A DNA stretch of 64,000 nt from Candidatus Aminicenantes bacterium (GCA_026991555.1 JALXBI010000044.1:1223-65222), one strand, 5' to 3'; counted from the stretch's first letter, positions 1 through 9,613 are shown. Translations and numbers: made by a program. Notes: generated by a model not told the origin, from the letters alone.

Positions 1-514
1 TTTCTCGGTAAAGGAAGGAATAGCCTACGGGTCAGGAAGGGCTCCTGATGGAGTATCCCTTCCTGAGGTTCTTTCCCCTTACAGGGAGCTTATGGAAAGT
101 TTCGGAGGACATGCCACTGCAGTGGGCATAACCCTGAGGGAGGAAAACCTCGGTAGATTAAAATCTGCCCTTGAGGAGGCCCTTAAAAGCTGGAAAGCAA
201 CGGAAGAAAAAGGGGGAGATAATCCGGAAGAAACCGACTTCCACGAACTTAAAAACTCCCTGAATTACCTGAGGCTTTTTCCTCCCTTCGGCACGGGAAA
301 TCCCGAACCTTATTTTTTCACCAGGGAAGTTGAAGTGGTGCAAAATCCCTCCCCTGCAGGCAACGGTTACAGGGTGCTTTTAAGCCAGCGGGGAGTGATC
401 TTCCCCACAAGATTTAGAAGAGGGGATCTTTTAAACAAGTTCAGGAAAGGGGAAAAGCTTAACTTTAAATTCCACCTGGACCTCAAAGAAGGAGGACTGG
501 TTGTAAGGGAATGA
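1..514 (+). CDS. recJ: Single-stranded-DNA-specific exonuclease RecJ, C-terminal portion; the 5' part lies upstream of the window
   Basis: The reading frame is open from the window edge. The translation carries a GGHATAVG (DHHA1 GGH motif) and an FGTGNPEP motif typical of RecJ, followed by the C-terminal OB-like region. The TGA stop overlaps the next ATG (ATGA). Confidence 0.5.
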   Translation, partial: FSVKEGIAYGSGRAPDGVSLPEVLSPYRELMESFGGHATAVGITLREENLGRLKSALEEALKSWKATEEKGGDNPEETDFHELKNSLNYLRLFPPFGTGNPEPYFFTREVEVVQNPSPAGNGYRVLLSQRGVIFPTRFRRGDLLNKFRKGEKLNFKFHLDLKEGGLVVRE

Positions 515-1986
515 GAATTCTAAGGGTTTTCCTGTACTTAATTCTTGTAGGTTACATAGCCTTCGTGGGAATTATGGCCTTTTCTGGACACCAACCCCCT
601 GTCTCGGGCATCCGCATCCCCAACCCGTCTGCCAGGTCCATACAATGGGGTTTTCAGGTGAAGGAAATAGCAACCCGGGAACCCAGGTATATGGCCAAAG
701 CCAGGAAGCTTTTCGTGGATTCAAGGGGGAAAACCTTCCTTAGTCAGGGAGTCATTATAGAAATTCCCGGGTCAAGAACTTTCATATATTCCGAAAAATG
801 CACAGTTTCACCTGGGAAAAACCGGGTGCAATTTCCTGAAAGGGTTCGGGTAAGGAGCGAGACCGGGCTCTTCTCAGGAGAAAAATCCCTTTATCTGGCC
901 AAAAAAGGGGTGATACGGCTTGAAGGGCAAGTGAGCTTTAAAATAGGAAAAATATCCGGAAGGGCCGAAGGCGGGAGAATGGACCTGGAGAAAAAAGAAA
1001 TATTTCTCTTTAAGCCAAGATTCTCCTCTGAGGGCAACCTCCTTGAAGGCAAAAGAATAAAAGTTTACGAAACGGATATGAAGGCGGTGCTCCGGGGAAA
1101 ACCTGCCAAAATGAACTCTGAGGGAACAATGGTCTTCGCTCCTGTTATGGAAATAGACATAAAGGGGAAACGGGTTAATTCCATTTCAATGCCCAGCGGG
1201 GGCAGGATTTTTCAGAACAGGAAAAGGACCGTGGGGAAAACTCTGAAGTTCTGGGTAAATGGAAGGATAGAGGGAGAGCGGGTGGTGGCCAGGTGGGGGG
1301 GAAGGAAACTTTTTGCATCCCGAATAACCGGGGAAAAAGAACGCCTGAAAGCTTTCCAGGCCTTCGTTCAGTCCGGGGATCTTACCCTCACCGCAGATAC
1401 TATATTACTCAGGGAATCGGAAATAAAGGCTGAGGGGAAGGTCCAGGGGAAAATAGGAAACTCCTCCTTTCAAAGCGACGCCCTATTAAATTCTGGAGGG
1501 AGAAGGGTATTATCTGGGAATGTCCGGATAATCAAGGAGGGAAACATAATAACCTGCGACGAGGCAGAGGAAACAGAAGGAAAATACATCCTCAAAAACG
1601 CCACCATAATCTCACCCCAGGGATTTAAACTAACCGCCTCCACGGTGAAATATACAGATGAGAAAATGCTCCTTGAGGGAGGCGCCACCATAAAGTCCGA
1701 AGATCTCCTGGTTTCAGCCCCCAAGATTGAAATCCAATTGAGGAACGGAAAGCTGGAAAAACTCGTGGCCCGGCAAGCCCGGAAGATAATCCTTGGCAAG
1801 GATTCAGCTCGCTGTGAAGTCCTTACATACTATTTCCCTCAGGGAAAGGCCGTGCTTCAGGGCAAAGTCATATTAAAATCCTCCAAACACGGGGAGGTTA
1901 AAGGGGAAAGTATGGTAGTCTACCCCAAAACCGGTGCCTTTGAAATCACTGGCAGGGGAAGGACATCCTCGGAGATAAAGGAATGA
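511..1986 (+). CDS. LPS-transport periplasmic protein of the OstA/LptA-LptC family, possibly a fused LptC-LptA
   Basis: An N-terminal TM anchor (VFLYLILVGYIAFVGIMAF) is followed by long beta-rich repeats with G/K/R periodicity, as in the LptC/LptA beta-jellyroll fold. It sits immediately upstream of lptB-rpoN and its stop overlaps lptB. The 491-aa size is about the sum of LptC and LptA. Confidence 0.45.
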   Translation: MRILRVFLYLILVGYIAFVGIMAFSGHQPPVSGIRIPNPSARSIQWGFQVKEIATREPRYMAKARKLFVDSRGKTFLSQGVIIEIPGSRTFIYSEKCTVSPGKNRVQFPERVRVRSETGLFSGEKSLYLAKKGVIRLEGQVSFKIGKISGRAEGGRMDLEKKEIFLFKPRFSSEGNLLEGKRIKVYETDMKAVLRGKPAKMNSEGTMVFAPVMEIDIKGKRVNSISMPSGGRIFQNRKRTVGKTLKFWVNGRIEGERVVARWGGRKLFASRITGEKERLKAFQAFVQSGDLTLTADTILLRESEIKAEGKVQGKIGNSSFQSDALLNSGGRRVLSGNVRIIKEGNIITCDEAEETEGKYILKNATIISPQGFKLTASTVKYTDEKMLLEGGATIKSEDLLVSAPKIEIQLRNGKLEKLVARQARKIILGKDSARCEVLTYYFPQGKAVLQGKVILKSSKHGEVKGESMVVYPKTGAFEITGRGRTSSEIKE

Positions 1987-2726
1987 TTTCCGTCCGCGGA
2001 CTTAAGAAAAAATACGGAAAAAGGGAAATACTTAAGGGAATAAACATAGATGTAAAGCAGGGGGAGATAGTGGGACTCCTTGGCCCCAATGGGGCTGGAA
2101 AAACCACCACTTTCAGAACAATCCTGGGGGAGGTCTCCCCGGATCAGGGCGAAGTCTTCCTTGATGGCAGGAAAATAACCCATCTTCCCATGTGGAAGAG
2201 GGTAAGGATGGGAATAGGTTATCTTCCCCAAACACCGTCTATATTTAAAGGATTAAGCACAGAAGAGAACATAAGAGTTTACCTGGAATTTTCAAAATTT
2301 AAAAGGAGGCAGAAACGGGAAATCCTTTTTCAGGTTATGGAGGAACTCGGCATAGCCCATCTCCGCCACAGAAGAGCCGCATTGCTCTCCGGCGGGGAAA
2401 GAAGAAAACTGGAGGTGGCCAGGGCCCTTTCCCTGAAGCCTGCCTATATGCTCCTGGATGAGCCCTTCACGGGAATTGACCCTATTACCGTTAAGGAAAT
2501 GAGAAGGATTATTCTGGACCTCACTAAAAGGGATGTGGGGGTAATAATAACCGACCACAATGTCAGGGAGACATTGAAAATAACCCATAGAGCTTATATT
2601 ATTAATAAAGGAAGACTCCTTGCGTGGGGAAGCCCGAAAGAAATTTACAAAAATCCCTTGGTAAGGGAAAAATTCCTGGGAAGGGATTTTCATTTAGAGG
2701 AATATGAAACAGAAACAGGAACTTAA
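1983..2726 (+). CDS. lptB: LPS export ABC transporter ATP-binding protein LptB
   Basis: Walker A GPNGAGKTT, signature LSGGERRKLEVARAL and Walker B MLLDEPFTGID. It is 247 aa and lies directly 5' of rpoN, the canonical arrangement. Confidence 0.85.
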   Translation: MISVRGLKKKYGKREILKGINIDVKQGEIVGLLGPNGAGKTTTFRTILGEVSPDQGEVFLDGRKITHLPMWKRVRMGIGYLPQTPSIFKGLSTEENIRVYLEFSKFKRRQKREILFQVMEELGIAHLRHRRAALLSGGERRKLEVARALSLKPAYMLLDEPFTGIDPITVKEMRRIILDLTKRDVGVIITDHNVRETLKITHRAYIINKGRLLAWGSPKEIYKNPLVREKFLGRDFHLEEYETETGT

Positions 2727-4068
2727 TTTAAAGCAGAAACAGAGCCTGAGGCTTACAAATCAGATACGCCTCTTTATAGAGCTTCTTCCCCTGACCCATT
2801 TAGAGCTTAAGGAAAAAATTGAGGAGGCGCTTCAGGAAAATCCAGCTTTAGAGATAAGAAATGAAGAGCCTGATCATGAACCTTCTGTGCTGGACCTTCC
2901 CCGGGGGGAAGAATTCCTGGAGTTCTATTACGACGACGAAGAGGAAAAAACACCTCCAGAAGCCCTGGTGCCCTATGAACCGGAACCCAGGGAGAAAATA
3001 AAAAGGAATTTTCTTCCGGTTTTTCCGGACGAGAGGGAAAGAAAAATTGCCGAGGTCCTAATAGATTATCTCGATCCCAAGGGATTTCTGGACTCCGAAT
3101 CCTTAGAAATGGTCGTCCAGGAAACCGGGGAGAGCGCGGAAAAAATAGAGGAAGTTAGAAAAAAAATGATGGAAATCCCTCCCTATGGGGTTGGGGCCAG
3201 AAATTCCTTTGAGGCCCTTAAGGTACAGGCCAAAGTCAAACATCCCGAAGACCGAATTCTACAATTACTCCTTGAGGAAGAAAACCTCGGTCTTTTGAAA
3301 AAAAGGGCCTACGAGGAAATAGCCCAAAAATTAGGGTGTAGCCTTTCGGAACTCAAGGGAGCCCTGGAAAAACTAAAAACCCTTGACCCCTTCCCGGGAA
3401 GCCATTTCTTTCGTGGGGCTTCTGAACCCATATACGTGGACATAAACCTGGTGGAAGAAAACGGAGATCTCAAAATCCTCATAAGGGAAGAGGAGCTTCC
3501 CCCGTTAAGAATAAGCCCGTTCTTTATAAGAATACTCGAGGACCCTTCTTCCCCGGAAACCCTCAAGAAATATGCCAGGTCAAAAATAAAGGCTGCTCAA
3601 TGGTTCCTTTCTGCCATAGCTCAAAGAAAGGAGACTTTAAGGAAAACGGTGGAATACATAGTTGAAAAGCAGAAGGAATTTTTCTTAAAGGGATATAATC
3701 CTGAATATCTTAAACCCCTTAATCTGAGGGAAGTGGCGTCTGCGGTGGGAGTTCACGAGTCCACCATAAGCAGGATCGTCTCTTCAAGGTATATATCCAC
3801 CCCTAATGGAACTTACAGGTTGAAATTCTTTTTCCCTTCATCGTCCGGTCAAAATTCCAGGGTTTCCTCAGCCAGGGTAAAGGAAATTTTAAGAAAAATA
3901 ATAGAAAACGAACCCAAGGATTCCCCCTATTCTGACGAGGACCTTGCGGCTCTGCTTCGCCGAAAGGGAATTATCATTTCCCGCAGAACCGTGGCAAAAT
4001 ATAGGGAAGAACTTGGAATAGAAAATGCAGGAAAACGAAAAAGAAAATACAGGCTGGAGGTTTTATGA
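2704..4068 (+). CDS. rpoN: RNA polymerase sigma-54 factor RpoN
   Basis: Acidic/Q-rich N-terminus, a core-binding region and a C-terminal RpoN box (ARRKGIIISRRTVAKYREELGI). Size 454 aa, sitting between lptB and hpf. Confidence 0.9.
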   Translation: MKQKQELNLKQKQSLRLTNQIRLFIELLPLTHLELKEKIEEALQENPALEIRNEEPDHEPSVLDLPRGEEFLEFYYDDEEEKTPPEALVPYEPEPREKIKRNFLPVFPDERERKIAEVLIDYLDPKGFLDSESLEMVVQETGESAEKIEEVRKKMMEIPPYGVGARNSFEALKVQAKVKHPEDRILQLLLEEENLGLLKKRAYEEIAQKLGCSLSELKGALEKLKTLDPFPGSHFFRGASEPIYVDINLVEENGDLKILIREEELPPLRISPFFIRILEDPSSPETLKKYARSKIKAAQWFLSAIAQRKETLRKTVEYIVEKQKEFFLKGYNPEYLKPLNLREVASAVGVHESTISRIVSSRYISTPNGTYRLKFFFPSSSGQNSRVSSARVKEILRKIIENEPKDSPYSDEDLAALLRRKGIIISRRTVAKYREELGIENAGKRKRKYRLEVL

Positions 4069-4574
4069 TGGAGATAAGGTTTATCGGCAGGCATTACGAG
4101 ATTCCTGAATCCCTTAAAAAAAGGGCAGAAAGAAAAATCGCCAAACTGAAGAAATGGCTGGGGGATATTCAGCATGTAGAAATTATCCTGTCCCAGGAAA
4201 AATATCGCCACACCGCAGAGGTTATGGTAAAGGGGGGAATTTTTGAGTTCAGGGCCAAGGAAACCACCGATGAAATGCTCTCTTCTCTGAACAGGGCCTT
4301 TGACATAATAGAAAAACAAATAAAAAAGGAAAAGGAAAAAAGGAGAGCCAAGAAAAAGAGCTCTCCGCCTCAACCCTCTTCCCCAGTCCCTCAGGGCCCC
4401 AGGGTTTTGCAGAGCAATGCGTATTCTTCAAAACCTTTAACCCTGGAGGAGGCCATAGCCGAAATGGAGGAAAGGGGAGAAGATTTACTCGTTTACAGGA
4501 ACTCCAATACCCATAGGGTTAATGTGATTTACAGAAAGGGAAACGATTATTATCTCGTAGAGCCGGATTTCTAA
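4065..4574 (+). CDS. hpf: Ribosome hibernation promoting factor (long HPF/RaiA family)
   Basis: Sigma-54 modulation protein/S30EA N-domain (MMEIRFIGRHYEIPESLKKRAERKIAKL), a lysine-rich linker and the C-terminal dimerisation domain (VYRNSNTHRVNVIYRKGNDYYLVEP). Lies directly downstream of rpoN. Confidence 0.85.
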   Translation: MMEIRFIGRHYEIPESLKKRAERKIAKLKKWLGDIQHVEIILSQEKYRHTAEVMVKGGIFEFRAKETTDEMLSSLNRAFDIIEKQIKKEKEKRRAKKKSSPPQPSSPVPQGPRVLQSNAYSSKPLTLEEAIAEMEERGEDLLVYRNSNTHRVNVIYRKGNDYYLVEPDF

Positions 4575-5053
4575 TGCAGGTACATACCCTGTTGTCCCCG
4601 GACCTCATCCTCCTCAACCTTAAAGCTACCACTGTGGAGGAAGTGCTAAGGGAAATCTCCAGGTTCATGGAGGAAAGGGGTGCGGTAAAAAACGGGAAAA
4701 AATTATTCCAGAGGCTCATGGCCCGGGAAAAATTGGGTAGCACTGCCCTGCCTGGAGGGATTGCTGTGCCTCACTGCAAAATGGAGGAACTGGAGTCTCC
4801 TGTCCTATCCCTCGCCATATCCCCTCAGGGGGTGGACTTCAACTCTCCTGATGGCAAACTCACTCACATATTCTTTACCGCCGTCTCCCCTATCTCCCCT
4901 CCTAATCTCCATCTTCAGGTCCTGGCTGCCATTGCGAAACTGGCCAGAAAAGGGAAAAAATCCCTGGTGGAAAAGCTTTTAAACGCCAAGACCCCGGAAA
5001 TGGCCTATGAAATTATCCGGGACGAGGAAATTCAGGAAGGCAATGAAGAATAG
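4574..5053 (+). CDS. ptsN: PTS IIA-like nitrogen-regulatory protein PtsN (EIIA-Ntr)
   Basis: EIIA fructose/Ntr family with the active-site His in the GIAVPHC context. 159 aa, in the rpoN operon. Confidence 0.8.
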   Translation: MQVHTLLSPDLILLNLKATTVEEVLREISRFMEERGAVKNGKKLFQRLMAREKLGSTALPGGIAVPHCKMEELESPVLSLAISPQGVDFNSPDGKLTHIFFTAVSPISPPNLHLQVLAAIAKLARKGKKSLVEKLLNAKTPEMAYEIIRDEEIQEGNEE

Positions 5054-5945
5054 CCTACCCCTGGCGAGATTTCTTAAAGAGAACTCCGATGTTCTTGATC
5101 TGATATACCCCGAAGCGCAGGACCTGCACGGAGAGATAACCTGTGGGGTGCTTCAGAGACCGGGCCTTATCCTGGCCGGGGTCAAGGAAACCTTCAAGCC
5201 CGGAGCTGTTCAGTTCTTCGGAGAAGAGGAAACTGCTTACCTTCGTTCCCTGGAAGAGCAGGCCCGAAGAGAAACCTTGCAACAGTATCTATCCCTGAGA
5301 CCCGTAGCCGTCATAATTCAGAGCGAATTTTTACTGAATTTAATAATTGAGCTTTTCAAAAAGAACTCGGTGCCCCTCTTTCGGTGTAGGGCCCAGAACT
5401 GTTATGAAAAAATAAATCAATATCTGCACTGGAAACTTTCCGAAAGAATAACCGTCCACGGGGAACTACTGGGCATATATGGACTGGGGGTTCTCATAAC
5501 AGGAGAAAGCGGCATAGGAAAAAGCGAAATAGCCCTTGAGCTCATAACCAGGGGCCACATGTTCGTTGCCGATGACCTGGTGGAGGTGCTGAGACTTCCC
5601 GGTGGAAACATTGTAGGTAAGGCCCCCGACAGAGCCCGGGGATTTATGGAGGTTAGGGGATTGGGAATAATAAGCGTAAACGACATTTTCGGGGGAGCCC
5701 TTTTGCCTTTCTCTCCCATAGATCTCATTCTGGAGCTGGTTCCCTATAAAAAGGAAATGGAAAGATTATCAGTAGAGGAAGAAAAGGAGAACCTTCTGGA
5801 GATGGAAATTCCCAAGTTCAAAATCCCTGTGGCTGCAGGGCGAAACATCGCCAATCTGGTGGAAGTAGCGGTGAGGCTGTTTATCCTGAAAACCTCAGGG
5901 GAAAAGCCCTTAGAAGAGTTTCTCAGAAGGATTCAAAAACCATGA
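5043..5945 (+). CDS. hprK: HPr kinase/phosphorylase
   Basis: P-loop GVLITGESGIGKSE and the HprK C-terminal domain signature (LVADD...EVRG). The ORF caller starts at 5007; the Met at 5043 reduces the overlap with ptsN to 11 nt. Confidence 0.8.
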   Translation: MKNSLPLARFLKENSDVLDLIYPEAQDLHGEITCGVLQRPGLILAGVKETFKPGAVQFFGEEETAYLRSLEEQARRETLQQYLSLRPVAVIIQSEFLLNLIIELFKKNSVPLFRCRAQNCYEKINQYLHWKLSERITVHGELLGIYGLGVLITGESGIGKSEIALELITRGHMFVADDLVEVLRLPGGNIVGKAPDRARGFMEVRGLGIISVNDIFGGALLPFSPIDLILELVPYKKEMERLSVEEEKENLLEMEIPKFKIPVAAGRNIANLVEVAVRLFILKTSGEKPLEEFLRRIQKP

Positions 5946-6799
5946 AACCCTACGTGGTAATAATAACCGGAATGAGCGGTTCCGGGAAAACCACCTATCT
6001 CAAAGCCTTAGAGGATGCTGGATTTTACTCCATGGACAATATGCCCATAGAGATGATTCCCAGGATAATTTCTCATATCTCCAGGAACAACCCAGAGATT
6101 CAGAGATTCGCCCTGGTGGTGGATGTTCGGGAGGAAGGTTTTCAGAAAAAATTTTCCTGGCTTATTGATAAACTCTCAGGATCCAGCAGGTTGCATGTGG
6201 TATTTCTGGATTGCAGGGACGAGGAGCTTACCAGAAGATTCAAGATCATGAGGAGAAAACACCCCTTAGAGGATGGAAGAAGTCTGGAAGAGGCCCTCAG
6301 GGAGGAGAGGGTTCTGCTGGAAGAGGTAAGGGAAAGGGCTGAGACGGTGATAAACACCACTGGAATCACTCCCGGAATGTTAAGGAAAATGGCCGTGGAG
6401 TTACACCTGAAGGGAAGGGGAAAAAGGATTATACTCATGAGCTTCGGTTTTTCCGCAGGCATTCCCCAGGAGGCTGACTTCGTTTTTGACCTCCGGGCCC
6501 TTCCCAACCCTTACTGGGACGAGAGATTAAGGCCGCTCACAGGAAAAGACCAAGAGGTAAGGGATTTTCTCCTGGCTCAGAAAGAGGTTAATTCTTATCT
6601 TTCCTCCCTTAAAACTTTCCTTAGCGCCACTGTCCCCATAATGTTTGAGGACGGTAGATTCCAGCTGGTGATTGCCTTAGGCTGCACCGGTGGACGGCAT
6701 AGATCGGTATTTTTTGTGGAAGAACTGTATAATTGGTTTATAGATGAGTGGGAGGATTACGAACTGGAAAAAAAGCACCGGGAGATAGAGGGAAAATGA
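5942..6799 (+). CDS. rapZ: RNase adapter protein RapZ (YvcJ/YhbJ P-loop NTPase)
   Basis: N-terminal Walker A GMSGSGKTT, 285 aa, and conserved placement after ptsN/hprK. Confidence 0.8.
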   Translation: MKPYVVIITGMSGSGKTTYLKALEDAGFYSMDNMPIEMIPRIISHISRNNPEIQRFALVVDVREEGFQKKFSWLIDKLSGSSRLHVVFLDCRDEELTRRFKIMRRKHPLEDGRSLEEALREERVLLEEVRERAETVINTTGITPGMLRKMAVELHLKGRGKRIILMSFGFSAGIPQEADFVFDLRALPNPYWDERLRPLTGKDQEVRDFLLAQKEVNSYLSSLKTFLSATVPIMFEDGRFQLVIALGCTGGRHRSVFFVEELYNWFIDEWEDYELEKKHREIEGK

Positions 6800-7200
6800 T
6801 AGGAGGGGTAATCATTACTCACGGGGAACTGGGAGCCACCTTGCTTCAGGTGGCGGAGAAAATTATGGGGAAGAGGCTTTCCCTGCCCGTAATTTCCATT
6901 GACTGGAAGGACGGGGTAAGCCAGATCGGCAAAAAAGAGCAGGAGATTAAAGCGGCTATAGAAAGGGAAAATCGCGGGAAAGGCGTGGTGGTATTTACGG
7001 ACATCTTCGGGGGAACCCCTACCAATCTCTGCGTTTCCTTGCTCAAATCCATGGATGTGGAAATAATAACCGGGATAAACCTTCCCCTTCTCCTGAAGTT
7101 CCTTTCTGAAAGGGATAAAATGGCCTTTAGGGAATTAACCATGGCCCTGGTAAAAAGGGGAAGGGAATCCATAGGTCGGATAAGGGATTTTCTGGAATAA
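6796..7200 (+). CDS. PTS mannose/fructose-family EIIA component
   Basis: An MIGGVIITHGELGATLL start with the phosphorylatable His in the ITHG context, about 134 aa. An ATGA overlap with the rapZ stop supports the internal start at 6796; the ORF caller gives 6748. Confidence 0.7.
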   Translation: MIGGVIITHGELGATLLQVAEKIMGKRLSLPVISIDWKDGVSQIGKKEQEIKAAIERENRGKGVVVFTDIFGGTPTNLCVSLLKSMDVEIITGINLPLLLKFLSERDKMAFRELTMALVKRGRESIGRIRDFLE

Positions 7201-7469
7201 TGGTGGAGAAGGAAACAGTTCTCGTTAACAAGCTCGGCATGCATGCCAGAGCCGCCACCAAACTGGTCCAGCTGGCCCAAAAATTCAAAAGCAAAATAGT
7301 TGTCATAGTAAACGGGATGGAGGCTGATGCCAAATCCATTCTGGGACTTTTAATACTCGCGGCCCCTGTAGGAACAAAAATAAAAATTCGGGCGGAGGGG
7401 GAAGATGAAAAGGAGGCGGTAGAAGCTATTGTAAAACTGATTGAAAACAGGTTCGGGGAGGAAGAATGA
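7200..7469 (+). CDS. ptsH: Phosphocarrier protein HPr
   Basis: An 89-aa protein with GMHARAATKLV (His15 context) and a seryl-phosphorylation site region (KSILGLL). Confidence 0.8.
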   Translation: MVEKETVLVNKLGMHARAATKLVQLAQKFKSKIVVIVNGMEADAKSILGLLILAAPVGTKIKIRAEGEDEKEAVEAIVKLIENRFGEEE

Positions 7470-9244
7470 AGGTTCTGAAGGGGCAGGCAGTGGTGGGCGG
7501 CATAGGAATAGGAAAGGCCCGATTCCTGAGAAGGGGCAAGAGGTTGTCACCGCCGAAAATCATAAAGGGAGAAGAGGCGGAACAGATAATTCGCTTAGAA
7601 AGAGCCATAGAGAAGACCAGAAAAGAGCTGGAGGAGTTAAAAGCCCACATAGAAGAAACCTTAGGTAAGGAGCATGCCCTTATCCTTGATGCCCAGCTTC
7701 TCATTCTTCAGGACAAAAAACTCCTGGACGAACTTACTGAGCGGATTATCAAGAATCTTGACAGTGCCGAGCGGGCCATAAAAAACCTCATAGAGAAATA
7801 TCACGGCATATTCTCCCAGGTAGAGGATTATCATATAAGAGAAAAAGTTCACGATATAGAAGACATACTGAGAAGAATAGAGAAAAACCTGGGAGAGGAG
7901 GCTAAGGAAGAAAGCTGGGAAGGTTCGGTGGTAGTGGCGAAAAATATTTTTCCTTCCGAAACGGCCCACATAATTTCCAGAGGAAAACCTGAAGCTTTTG
8001 TCCTGGAGTTTGGGGGAGAGACATACCATGCGGTTATTCTGGCCAGGGCCTACGGAATACCCACCGTGGTTGGGATTGAAAATGTGGAAACGGAAATAAG
8101 GGAAGGTGAAGAGGTGGTGGTCAACGGCGATGAAGGAATTGTAATCGTCTCCCCCTCCAGGTTCCAGATATCCAATTATGTTGAGCTCAAAAAGAGCCTG
8201 CAGGAGGAAAGGGCCAGGCTAAAGGAACTCCTCCTTGAACCCAATGAGACCTTAGATGGGGAAAAATTTTCCCTTTTCGTTAACATTGAATTCCCCGCGG
8301 AGGCCGAACTTATTTCTCCGGAAGCCGTCGAGGGAATAGGTTTGTTCAGAAGCGAGTATCTGCTTCTGCTTAGCCAGAGGGTTCCTCCAGAAGAGGAGCA
8401 ATACCAAATCTACTCGCAGCTTTCGGAAAAATTCAAATGGGTAATAATAAGGCTTTTTGATCTGGGTGCTGAGAAGAAAATAGCTGACCTGCCCTTTCAC
8501 GAAGAGGAAAACCCGGCCATGGGGGAAAGGGGTATAAGATACCTGTTCTCCCACAGGGACCTGCTCTATCCTCAGGTAAGGGCCATCCTCAGGGCTTCAG
8601 CCCAAAGGAAAAACATAAAACTAATGGCTCCCATGGTAACCAATATAAAGGAAATAAAAAAGCTTCTTATGGTGGTGGAGGATGCTAAGGGACAGCTAAG
8701 GATGGAAAAAAAGCCCTTCCATGAAAACCTTCCTGTAGGAGTAATGGTTGAAGTTCCATCCTTAGCGCTGATGGCGGACAGGGTAAGCAAAATAGTGGAC
8801 TTCCTCAGCATAGGAACCAATGACCTTTCCCAGTATATATTCGCCGCAGACAGGGCTAACGAAAGGGTTTCCCTACTGTGCAATCCCCTGGACCCGGCCT
8901 TCCTGAAACTCCTGCGCTTCACCATAAAAAAAGCCCAGGATCAGGGGAAGGAAATAGCCGTTTGCGGAGAAATGGCCTCCAGGCCTCTCCATGCCCTTTC
9001 CCTGCTCGGCATAGGCTTGAGGGAATTCTCAGTGTCTCCGGCCATGCTCCCTGTAATTAAGAGGGTCCTATCCTCGGTAGAAGTCCAGGTCATCAGGAAA
9101 AAGATAAACTCAGCCCTCAGACTTTCGGACGGCCAGGAGCTGGAGGAATACCTTAGAGGGGAATTGGAAAAAATATATCCTGAGATTTACCGATGGATAA
9201 GGAGGATATGCCATGAAAAAAACAGAAAAACCCTGGGGATATGA
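7466..9244 (+). CDS. ptsI: Phosphoenolpyruvate-protein phosphotransferase (Enzyme I)
   Basis: A 592-aa protein with a PEP-utilizing phosphohistidine domain (GGETYHAVILARAYGIPTVVG) and a C-terminal PEP-binding TIM barrel (SIGTNDLSQY). Confidence 0.9.
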   Translation: MKVLKGQAVVGGIGIGKARFLRRGKRLSPPKIIKGEEAEQIIRLERAIEKTRKELEELKAHIEETLGKEHALILDAQLLILQDKKLLDELTERIIKNLDSAERAIKNLIEKYHGIFSQVEDYHIREKVHDIEDILRRIEKNLGEEAKEESWEGSVVVAKNIFPSETAHIISRGKPEAFVLEFGGETYHAVILARAYGIPTVVGIENVETEIREGEEVVVNGDEGIVIVSPSRFQISNYVELKKSLQEERARLKELLLEPNETLDGEKFSLFVNIEFPAEAELISPEAVEGIGLFRSEYLLLLSQRVPPEEEQYQIYSQLSEKFKWVIIRLFDLGAEKKIADLPFHEEENPAMGERGIRYLFSHRDLLYPQVRAILRASAQRKNIKLMAPMVTNIKEIKKLLMVVEDAKGQLRMEKKPFHENLPVGVMVEVPSLALMADRVSKIVDFLSIGTNDLSQYIFAADRANERVSLLCNPLDPAFLKLLRFTIKKAQDQGKEIAVCGEMASRPLHALSLLGIGLREFSVSPAMLPVIKRVLSSVEVQVIRKKINSALRLSDGQELEEYLRGELEKIYPEIYRWIRRICHEKNRKTLGI

Positions 9245-9554
9245 GCTTCTCTTTGCCTTAACCCCATACTATGCAGGGAAGGTTCTGTTCATAAAAAAAG
9301 GCCATCGCCTCTCCCTTCAGTATCACAGAGAAAAGGATGAGAGCTTCCTGCTTTGGAAAGGAAAAATGCTCTTCATTTACGAGGAAAATGGTGAAATGAA
9401 GGAAAAAATAATGGAGCCCCTGGATAGTTTCCATATCCCCCCGGGCATGAAACACCGGATGGCGGCCATAGAGGACTGCTATGTTTTTGAAGTTTCCACC
9501 CCCCATCTGGATGATGTGGTAAGGTTAGAGGACGATTACGGAAGGGAAGATTGA
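9213..9554 (+). CDS. Small cupin-domain protein
   Basis: A 113-aa ORF with a two-His cupin-like motif (SLQYHREKDESFLL ... PPGMKHR). It overlaps the ptsI 3' end by 32 nt. Confidence 0.4.
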   Translation: MKKTEKPWGYELLFALTPYYAGKVLFIKKGHRLSLQYHREKDESFLLWKGKMLFIYEENGEMKEKIMEPLDSFHIPPGMKHRMAAIEDCYVFEVSTPHLDDVVRLEDDYGRED

Positions 9555-9586
9555 CCTTTTCCTGAGTTTCACTTAGAATTAAGTGA
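9551..9586 (+). promoter_or_regulatory. Sigma-70-type promoter (TTGACC -17 nt- TAGAAT) with a 7-4-7 inverted repeat (TCACTTA gaat TAAGTGA) overlapping the -10, upstream of citrate synthase
   Basis: Read directly: -35 TTGACC at 9551-9556, a 17-nt spacer, and -10 TAGAAT at 9574-9579. The palindrome spans 9569-9586, and an AGGAGG RBS precedes the ATG at 9614. Confidence 0.4.
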
Positions 9587-9613
9587 GAACTTAATAAAAG
9601 AAGGAGGAGTAAA

